Positions 39,501 to 48,000 of a DNA stretch of 64,000 nucleotides are shown here, piece after piece. The notes below the pieces were generated by a model. It searched no databases, was not told the DNA's origin, and worked only from the letters and a program-made list of their open reading frames with translations. The DNA comes from Phoronis australis (Eukaryota > Animalia > Phoronida), in assembly GCA_002633005.1 (NCBI GenBank), contig NMRA01000205.1, positions 359,273 to 423,272 of the forward strand, in the 5' to 3' direction. The position numbers and the translations under genes were made by a program. The stretch's first letter is position 1; every line of letters starts with the position of its first letter.

Positions 39501-42500
39501 GTGACACACAATTCTGTTTCCGCTTTACACGGTTTCTCAGTGGCGGAAGCATTCACTTCCACTGGGCTGATCTAGGCACAGCTGTATTATAATTTCTTGC
39601 AACTCATCTACGAGAAATTGCCTTACGTCATTAAAAAGGGCTTATATAATACCCACTCAGTAATTATCATTTCAGGATTTAAAATGGACAATTTTAAGGT
39701 CAGTGTTTCGGGAAGACGTTGTTTCCGCTACATCGGTACTGAAATTCCTTCCTACTTCTCGAGAGATTGCAACTCTCCAAGAAAAGGGCAACTGGTGACT
39801 ATTCAGATACAAAGTACACGGAAGCACAGTCTTCGCATATGCGAGGTGGACGTCATTACAATCACCGGTTGGTAATCAACAACTTTTCCGGATAAAAGCA
39901 ACGCCTGGGTGACAATTTATACTTCCTTTTCAAGCCAATATTGTCTTGTTCTTTCCCAGAATCTTCTCCACGATATCGTCAGATTCCAGAGATGGAAACG
40001 ATCACCAAATGTCCCCAAAGTCCGAAAGTAATTGTCTTAAGTTGGAGGATGTAAACCTTGACACGCTTCGTCTACTAACAGCAGTCTCCGCTTTTAAATT
40101 AGTAGGAAATACTAAAAAAGAATAGTTTCCATTTCTTTCGCGATATAATGAAGTCTCGCCCTGAGTTTTCCATTCCACAATGATCCGTAGCGTTTTCATC
40201 AGAAGTGATATTTAAAATTCTGAAACGGTTTTCACGTCCACTTTAAATACTTCAGTTGCTGAAGCATTTGCATGAATCACTCTGAAGTTCATTTTCAAAA
40301 AGGCAGCGCAAAAGCAACCATGGAGCCTTTCACACACACCAACTTGGGCAGTGACGCACGAATTACGTGTACAGCAAACGTGAATGATAAGGAAGGTATA
40401 CAAACAGTAAAAATCTCGAAAGATGGCAAAGCCGTAATGGTCCGCGACTCCTCCGGCCACAGGAACATCTTTGGTAACAAGAGGCTGAAGGCGTATGGTA
40501 TCGGATTGACGGAAACCCTTGTGCTGAAGGAGGTCACCAGAATCGACGACGGCACGGAGTATTCGTGCAGAGTTACGTCGACACTCGGCATCGAAGCTTG
40601 GAGCTCCACCATAATTATAGTGAATGGTAAGTGAAGCCGCAAGTCGTAGTGGTTCCTATAACTGTTGTCTTAGAGTGGAGAAACGAACTATGCCAATACA
40701 CTTCTCTTCAAATATTTTGCATCGAAGCACCAAGCCAAGCAATTCTGCCATAACTGAGTTGCCGTCATTCCAAGACTGGACCTTCGTTTATGTTGGTCAC
40801 AATTTTCAGACATGTTCAGGGGTATTAAACGAGAAGTGGCCGAGATGCCTCCCATAACATTCGGCTATTTAGGCGAAGACACGCTGGTCAATTGCACCGT
40901 CAAATTAGAGACCTCACGCAATGAGCGATTGGCACAGATACAGTACAGTCGCGAGGGAAAAACCGTCGTCAACTACAGTGCCGCTGACGTGTTGTTACCG
41001 GGATACGATGACAGATACGACATAAAACACCACGGCACGGTGTATTCCCTTGTTGTTAAGAACACCGCTACCAGCGAACAAGGCGTCAGGTTTTCTTGTC
41101 GGGTAGCTACCAGTATTGGTTATGGAGGAGCAGAAACTACGTTTTCTATCGGTGGTAAGCACAAGTTAATCTTTCTCATCAAACTCAAAACAGGCACGCA
41201 GGAGGTCGTAATCGTTAAGACAAAAAGCACCTGAGATCTATGGAGGAATGTTCAAGCCGGCTACATGGGGCAGATCCCTTCTGTGGGTAAATTGCGCGTT
41301 TGCTATTTTTTTCAGAACTTCCCAAAATGCCAAAACTCAGCATAAACCCAGTAGCACACGTCCGCTATCTTACACTAGGCACGTTGGTTATCGTGGAGTG
41401 CGAAGCCTCCGTAGGTCTACCTCGGAGCCAAAACACGTCCGTGACGATCGTGGTAATGAAATCCTCTGCAGCAGAACAAATTCTTGTTGGTCCTGAACAC
41501 AGCCGCCTCGTGGACGATAAGACGTCGACATTTAACAATACGATCGACTTCAATGTAGATTACAGTTACAACGGCGCCATATTTAGGTAACTTAGAAAAT
41601 TTAAAGTCCGAATCTCAGAATGAACAAAAACACTTTTCCGTGAAAAGCCATATTTGGCTTACTTGCTAAGTGGTTGATATAAACACCTTTATTCGTGTAG
41701 GCCTTCTTCGGTATTTGTTTTAGGTGTATTGCAAGCAACGCTGCATCGCCGCCCAGGGTCACTATCGCAAACACTATTCGTTACGAGATTACAGGTACGC
41801 CTATACAAATCCCACGCTTGCATTTTTAGACTATTACAGTTTAGAGAACACGACAATCGTAACCGATTTATAAATTCATAGTTGCAGCTCAGGTATTTTT
41901 ATGGCCTCAGATATCCTCGGTTAGGACTGAAAAGCACCGAGGAATTCCAAATGATTTTGAAAAAAGTGGTAAACCCAAAATGGTCTCGTTTCAGTGTTGA
42001 AAATAACAGACCCAAGGCGTAAGTAGACACTGGTGTTTCAAAAATAACTATTTAATTAAAAATTACATTTAAATCAATTCGTTTTATTTGATTTGAGCAG
42101 AATAAAAACGGTGAAACTTCCAGTATATTATGAATAAAACATGGCGTATGTCGTTTTAGATTGTTTCAAATCTGCCACCGGGTGCAAAAATGGTGCCTGG
42201 TGCACCATGGAGACAGGTTTGTGCTCGTGCCTCCAAGGTTACCAGGGAAAGTCGTGTACGGAGGACATAGACGAGTGTAAACTGGTGCCATACCCATGCC
42301 ATGTGAACGCCACATGTCATAACGCTATTGGGTCATTCAAATGTCGATGTAAGAAAGGTCAGGTTGGCAACGGACAGTTTTGCAGAGGTAAATAATTTTG
42401 TTTTATAGCGACTTCTTGGTCAATATTTTCTAAAAAAGTTACACTCTTGCCCAGTCATCCAGAGGGGGCGACGTGACAGAGTGTAAGCCTATCAATTTCA

Positions 42501-44265
42501 GTTTATAGGTATTGTAAATGCCATCAGTAATAAAACTTGGAGAAAGGGGAATAAATGTATTAAAAAATCTTCAAGCGATTTTTGATTATATTTACTCCAA
42601 CGGATGAAAAAGAACAGCGCCCGCAATATTTTAATGTCAGAGTTAAGCTCTCAAATAGGGAGAGACAAAAATATCATTTCGCTTTACTAGTAATGCCGCT
42701 GTTTTGTTTTGTTTTTCTCCAGAGGAGAACATCAAGGACAAACTGAAGTGGCTTATTCCTCTCGTGTTACTAAATATCTTCTTCATCCCTTTCATCATCG
42801 GCACCTTCGTCTTCTTGAGAAGGAAAATCAGGTATGCGACTTCCGTCTAAAAGTCCCCCTCCCAGCGTCCTCAGCAATCACGCGTGTGATATTTTCAACC
42901 ATCGCTGAAACGTTGTAACAGTGAACAGCTGTTCACTGCAACACATATTAGTTATAACATCCTCAGCCTCAGAACCCCTGTCATTTGGCGTATTAGCTGG
43001 TGAGTCTGTGCTTCCTGTTGGAGCACCGCCTGGTATGGAGTCTGACTTGAAACCACAACAAACCACACACAAGGGTCTGTTTGTTGTGGTTTTCAGTTGC
43101 AATGATTGAAGCAGTGGCGGAACTAGGATACCATAAGGGGGGGCCCAACATGTTGGCTCGGGGAATTGGGCAAAGCGCGATTGTATGTACAGCTCAGGCA
43201 AGAGCGGGAGCCGAGTATGTGAACCTTCTGTTCGAAGAATCTACCAGTGGACTAAAAAAACGGGATCGCCGCGATCTGGGAGCACCCCTTCTTCCCGTCC
43301 TAGTTGTTTACTCAATATTTCCTCACGCTTCACGCTGTTGCTGTTCCATTTTTGCTTGCGGCAGCCAAGGAGGGGGGGGGGAGCAGGCCTATGAATCCGC
43401 CTATGTGAAGATTGCATATAGCTTGTTTGCAGAATGGGAAAACCAACAAAACCCTTTCAAGTTTCAAGGCTTCTGTCCCACTTTCACTGTTCATAACATT
43501 TAGTGAATATGATAAACTTCCAACAAAGTTCAAAGCCTCTATAAGCTGGCCTTCCGCCACAAAAACAACGGATTTACAGCACTTACCATTACGGTCTCAA
43601 CTTTTCCTTAAAACGAACCCGATTTTGATGATTCAAGCCAATCCTCATTCGGTCTAATGCATCATAGGTGTCAATCTTGATAGATAAAAGCAGGACTAAA
43701 CTAAAAACTCATACTCCCAATGCCACAGATTGGATGTTAAAGTGCTTGCTGGATAGCGGTCCTTCCCTACAGTTGACGATTTTAATCTTGCTTTTTTCTC
43801 ACCTTATTTCTTTTGTATTATGCTAACTTAATGTTTGGAGAGGTATCACAGATAACGTCTGGCATCTGGGCAAGCGAAAGATCCAACTGTTCCCAAGTCT
43901 AGAAAAAAGGGTTTCCCTAATTAGACGTCCTTAGAATTTCAAGACGTAAAAGAGCAGCTGAAGAGCTTCCATCTTGCTATTGCGATTTGTTTTGGGCGCT
44001 TCCTTATTTTACCTAGACTACTAAGTGTTGTCTAACTCACTTTTTATAATCCATTTTCAGAGCAAAAGCGAAGAAAAATACAACTGGAACCAAGACGATA
44101 AACCGAGATTATCGTTATTCAATATTGACAGCATATAGACGCCCTGATCCGAATGCAAAGATTTTGCCAGATGCTGACACATTAGGCAGGTCGGAGGAGT
44201 GTAATAATGAGCAGAACAAAGATAAGGACGATGACGATGACGATTATGATGACGATGATAACTGA
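21411..44265 (+). CDS. Mosaic type-I membrane protein, 19 coding exons, about 1352 aa: SP-Kringle x3-FTLD1-FTLD2(N half)-SRCR-FTLD2(C half)-FTLD3-Ig x3-EGF-cbEGF-TM-cytoplasmic tail
   Basis: Exons 21411-21513, 22273-22596, 27320-27604, 29593-29889, 33194-33364, 33737-33946, 34085-34288, 34576-34729, 37357-37535, 38338-38529, 38909-39103, 39676-39867, 40303-40626, 40810-41154, 41316-41586, 41724-41794, 42160-42387, 42723-42831, 44061-44265. All have AG acceptors and GT donors (one probable GC donor) with compatible phases. The sum is 4059 nt, an uninterrupted frame from ATG to TGA. Confidence 0.85.
21783..21990. mobile_element. MITE with GATTT(A/G)GACCAC TIRs; related copies or ends at about 37930-38005, 48574-48620, 60880-61450 and 63084-63319
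   Basis: Left gatttagaccacaattaccgtcacgaaattgg is the inverse of right ccaatttcataacggtagtggtccaaatc; the same terminal motif recurs at the listed sites. Confidence 0.65.
22273..22596 (+). CDS. Receptor exon: kringle 1
   Basis: CLRDFAGSTYKG...CWRWS...LCRNPNNDPNGPWCFT...WNYCADIDIC; phase 1-1 exon of 324 nt. Confidence 0.92.
23082..26567 (-). mobile_element. Decayed, internally deleted Academ (AcademX-type) DNA transposon in receptor intron 2
   Basis: TIRs TAGTCGGTGGGCCAGAT...ATCTGGCCCACCGACTA with further subterminal inverted similarity (gtgagtacttt.ggggg; gttcccac/gtgggaac). 3-bp TSD AGT at 23079-23081 and 26568-26570. Minus-strand remnants DLVS*EAKYHR (about 24500-24540) and a C-terminal Cys-rich CKCKK..C...CC..G..CTEMCSCDNCSN (23816-24085). 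Confidence 0.75.
27320..27604 (+). CDS. Receptor exon: kringle 2
   Basis: CLGDERGFNFNG...ECVAWS...LCRNPDLRREGPWCFV...ENCGIPYC; ttcttgcag acceptor, G|gtaaat donor. Confidence 0.92.
29593..29889 (+). CDS. Receptor exon: kringle 3
   Basis: CLRDDRGFGYRG...QCTSW...ACRNPDNDVSPWCFT...EYC...LC; phase 1-1. Confidence 0.92.
30674..30709 (+). repeat. (GAC/GAT)n trinucleotide microsatellite, intronic
   Basis: atgatgacgacgacgacgatgatgatgatgatgatg. Confidence 0.8.
30810..32324 (+). mobile_element. Non-autonomous Kolobok-like DNA transposon with a THAP-domain remnant, in receptor intron 4
   Basis: TIRs AGGAGAATGCCACCC...GGGTGGCATTCTCCT flanked by TTAG (30806-30809) and TTAA (32325-32328). ORF 31018..31302 FFRFPPREPEMLRKWL...HLCEFGRHFVDSDF resembles THAP (FP...W...C..HF). 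Confidence 0.7.
33194..33946 (+). CDS. Receptor exons 33194-33364 + 33737-33946: F-type lectin-like domain 1
   Basis: N half VAHRKPSRQSS...ALAVDGNPDTCSQT...WWMVNL; C half ...RVC...IHCG...AQYVKIQ...IALCEVHV. These are fucolectin/FTP signature segments. Confidence 0.85.
34085..34288 (+). CDS. Receptor exon: N-terminal half of F-type lectin-like domain 2
   Basis: VTNAKPAATS...ASLALDGNVYTCIDL...YWKVEL...KVLGVKLTS. Donor is either AAG|gcaggt (34289, phase 1) or CAG|gtacct (34293, phase 2). Confidence 0.8.
34576..37535 (+). CDS. Receptor exons 34576-34729 + 37357-37535: group-A SRCR domain
   Basis: LRLVGS...EGLVEIY...WGAVC...WGPEDAMVACHQLGY | H...VECRGNELSLDDCPH...C..SASVIC; six Cys; the internal phase-2 junction CA|T joins in frame. 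Confidence 0.92.
35977..36915 (+). repeat. 469-bp direct duplication separated by a single N; probable assembly artefact
   Basis: 35977-36445 and 36447-36915 are near-identical (I saw two substitutions); N at 36446. Confidence 0.85.
38338..38529 (+). CDS. Receptor exon: C-terminal half of F-type lectin-like domain 2
   Basis: DSLDDVEVSV...PCA...LTCENPTKGEAVRI...LIICEVEV; phase 1-1. Confidence 0.85.
38909..39867 (+). CDS. Receptor exons 38909-39103 + 39676-39867: F-type lectin-like domain 3
   Basis: VAYRKPALQSST...ASRSTDG...SCSQT...PWWSVDLQSVYYVRGVKIY | ...RC...DCNSPRKGQLVTIQ...LRICEVDV. Confidence 0.88.
40303..41794 (+). CDS. Receptor exons 40303-40626, 40810-41154, 41316-41586, 41724-41794: three Ig-like domains
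   Basis: GSDARITC...LVLKEVTRIDDGTEYSCRV; GEDTLVNC...SLVVKNT...GVRFSCRV; GTLVIVEC...YNGAIFR|CIASN. Each has the B-strand and F-strand Cys pattern. Confidence 0.88.
42160..42387 (+). CDS. Receptor exon: EGF plus calcium-binding EGF
   Basis: C...CKNGAWC...CSCLQGYQGKSC, then EDIDEC...C..NATCHNAIGSFKCRC..G..GNG..C with the C-x-N-x4-F-x-C hydroxylation consensus. Confidence 0.95.
42723..42831 (+). CDS. Receptor exon: transmembrane helix and basic stop-transfer
   Basis: EENIKDKLKWLIPLVLLNIFFIPFIIGTFVFLRRKIR; tttttctccag acceptor, AG|gtatgc donor. Confidence 0.9.
44061..44265 (+). CDS. Receptor last exon: cytoplasmic tail to stop
   Basis: ccattttcag acceptor, phase 2; AKAKKNTTGTKTINRDYRYSILTAYRRPDPNAKILPDADTLGRSEECNNEQNKDKDDDDDDYDDDDN*. 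Confidence 0.75.
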
Positions 44266-45067
44266 GGAACAGCAAAGGGAAGGACGTGGAAGACTCGGAA
44301 TGTGCCGGTGCCCATAACAATCAAAAAATAATTGAACTAAGGGACGTGACACAGTCACTGACTCACCACTGCCCACGAATCCAAGTGTTCATGCAGTAAC
44401 AGGACAAACGTATTTGTATTCTCATACTTTGTGATTTATCAGTGTTCACATTACATATAAGTGAGGGTTTGTGATGATCTTACTATTAATAATAATAATT
44501 AATGTATGATGCTGTACAGATTTATGAACATAAATAATTATGAAATTGTGTAAACAACTTCACTGAGAAAATAAGAGTGTATAGGGAAACATGGGAAATT
44601 ATACACAGGCAAAATTATCTCCAAAGACAATTATGATCAATGTACTTGGCTGACCTCTTCCTCAGTGATGTAATTTTCCCCAGCAGGTGGCGTGGAAAAC
44701 AATGCATTGCACACTAGATTGATGAGAGGTGATGAGGTTGGTCTCCACGTTAGAACAGTACACAATGCATTGTTTTTCAAGCCACCCGCTGAGGAAAATG
44801 TCAGACATGATGTTTTCTGAGCTTGTGTTCAGAATGTTGCCACAAACAACTAATTGACAAATAGTGGGTAATTATATGTAACCTGACAACTCTGCAATAG
44901 TTATTCTTAACACATTTTAGTTGCTTTACTTATATTTTGACATTTTTTCAGTTTACCCAAGAACCAGTCTTGTTTTTAGGGTAAACATTGTTGAACAAAT
45001 GGTCTTGCAAGATCTTTAGACAGGCAATCACTCTGTCCTAGACGAAGACACACCCACCAACTGCCAA

Positions 45068-48000
45068 TCAAATAGTGACACTTAGAAGTTCTTTCTGGAG
45101 TACATGCACATTGCGTCCTCGGGTACTGTTGTATATTTGTCCATCACTAAACTCCTCATGTTCACCACCTGACGATTCACATTCTAATTTTGCTGTAACC
45201 AATAAAACAGAGAATTACTTCTAATCTACAAAAACTAAAATTTTTACTTTTAAATTACTTAACATGATTTGAAGCTACGTGATGAAACGTTATTAAATAA
45301 TTCAAACGACTCTTGAACATTCATCATCAACAAAATGAAAAAAGGACAATACAATGCAATATTCTCAATAATATTACTGTTCAAACTCTGTTAGCTCACA
45401 TGATACTTTTTGCTCATTACAAAAATCAACCTAAGAAATGCCCACGAAGTCAATAACACCATCTTCAATGACACGTGCCAGCAACAGAAAATTGATTTAA
45501 AGACAATGTTCAATAGGTTGTTTAATGTTAGTTTTGCTAAAAACTTTACCTGACGAGCATTTGAACATGTTGACAGCGGGTAGGCGGAGATAACCAGTTA
45601 CCAACGGCAACATGTTGATCGATATTAGACCATTGCCATTGGTGAGAGCAACAACCCCTGAAAAATTAACTGGAATGTGGAAGTCTAGAAAAAGAACCAG
45701 CAGCAACAGAGGTCAGACATTCTAACACCAGATATCCACTTCTTAGAACAGATTTCGGGTCAGTGATACAGCACTGACACATCCTAATTCATCACTAAAA
45801 ACCTTATCAGAAATAACTGTTTATTTCGCAAACTAATCTGACCTTAGATTACCACAATCACAATTTCACTAGAAAAATTTAGTTCCAATTATTGGCACAG
45901 CAGTCAAATCGAGAACCAATTCCTGTTTGGGGAGATTTTGTGAGAACCATTCCTGAGGCTACCCAGAATAGATTATAACAAATAAATGAATATCCTTACC
46001 TGTACGTTTTTCATCGCTAGCAATAGCCCAGCTACTCCTGTCTGGTGACACCTCATAGACCAGCTGGTCATGTGTACAGTTAATGTCCAGACTATCAATC
46101 TCTACTTCAAGTAGACACAAGTCTCCGACGCAACACTCCTCACCCGACTTGGGAGTGACATTACAGCGCACTTCATAGAGGGTCTAAACAAATGAATTAA
46201 GACTGTAGTTTGCACCCAGTTACAATGTTTAGAAGGCATTAGTCCATTGAAGAGAAAACATGACAAGTACAAATTGTGCGTTATTTTTCATACTGGACAA
46301 AATTGCATTCATTACCAATCATCAAGGTAGCCATTATCTGTTTAACCAGTAGGCAACCAGTCTGACAACATTTATTATGATTGTGTAATAATCTGAACAC
46401 AATGGATCAGAAAATGTGGCCAACTCCACCCATAGACTTGCTGCGAATAAGATGGCTACAGGTTTATCACACGCCAATTCATGACTCACAACAGCCAGTG
46501 GGTATTGCAGGGGGTTTGTCACGGAAAAACATAACGTTTTCTGCAACCATGGATCAGTGTAAGCCTATTTCTAAGATTTGGTACAAGCTCCAGCCTTGAG
46601 CAAAATAACTAATTTTCACCGTCCCTGACAGGAGAATTTTACCGTATTGCTAATAACAGAGAGAGGGGGAGAAGAAGAGGGGGGGAGGGAGCGGGAGAAA
46701 GATAATACATTTAACTTAAATTCAATTGGTACAGTACAACAGAAACAAAACAAAATATTCTTTAAATGGAATCTCATGGTTGAACCAGAGCAAATGGAAA
46801 TACATACATTATAGCTAGATAATGAGAAGTCAGTTGTGCATTCCCTAGCCTCTCCAGTGCCAGCTTCTTGATACTCGATACTAAACCAACAGGTCAGGTC
46901 AGGAGTCTCTGGGGTGTTGTTGACTAACTGCCACAGATACACTGCTGTTTGATCGATACTAACACACTGAAACAGGAAATGAGAATTTGAGACTAATTCA
47001 ACATGTCATGTAGTGTTGACCAACTGGTATATAGATTAACCATTGTTACTTCTGTTAGTTCTGGCATGCAAAATAAAATTACGCTATACTACACTATAGA
47101 TCATAGACAACGTAGTCGGAACTAGTAAACATTTTTTAAAAATTCCCAAAGGGGGTGCCACTTACTTTGTGTGCCAACATTGGAAAATTCTGGTACTTTC
47201 GTACAGCTACGCAGAAAACATTTTGGCACCAAAATGTTCTAAACATCTCCCTTCAGTAGGAATCTGAGTGTCTTGAGTATTTTTGGCAATTGTTCAGGAA
47301 GTATGATTGCAAAATTCAAGGTCTAATGACGCAGCAAACAACCATAATGAGCAGATGTATATGACCAACTAAAGTAATGCCCAAACTAGGCGCTGCTAAC
47401 GAATAAGGATGCCGCAATTTGCGTGCAAGATCAAATGTCTTGTGGATTGTAAATATACAGAGATGAGGGTTTACGTTCTATAATCTATAGCTACATTTAG
47501 AACCTTATGGTAAATATGAGTTTATTCTTCCTTAATGAAAATGATCTGCAACTGACTAAAAACATGAAAAACATTCAATTTATGCCATTCCAACAACATT
47601 CGGGTGCACTACCTGTATTCAGTAAAAATGCCACAATTCGGACACTATCAATCAGATAAAGATTCACAGCATATTTGGTCCAGTTTTTGCATTCGGCATC
47701 AAAGATTTGGCTTCTACTGGGTAAAATGTGTCCGCTGGAGCCAACTACTGCAAATTTTAGGAATAAAGATTTCACTGAATACATTCCGAAAAATGCATTG
47801 TTGATCCCTTTACTAAATAAATTGGTCATCAGGAAATCAGTGCTAGATGTCAGTTCAAGTATTTAAGTGAACATGGTTGCTACGGTAGTCTTCAAACAAG
47901 TCGACCATTTTTCTTGTCGAAAATCAACTTCAATTTTTTAAGCAACAAATTTTCGCTCATTTTCAAATGATTACATTGTTATTTTTCATTTGATGTGTTG

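Noticed and set aside
40256-40302. Alternative acceptor for the Ig1 exon at 40254-40255
   Set aside because: It leads into an in-frame TGA at 40260-40262; the acceptor at 40301-40302 keeps phase 1 and the frame.
43081-43503. 140-aa plus-strand ORF as an extra cytoplasmic exon
   Set aside because: It overlaps a MITE-like repeat, has no recognisable domain, and the TM exon already splices in phase to 44061.
44057-44376. Minus-strand ORFs with hydrophobic or His-rich runs
   Set aside because: Antisense shadows of the (GAT/GAC)n acidic tail of the plus-strand receptor.
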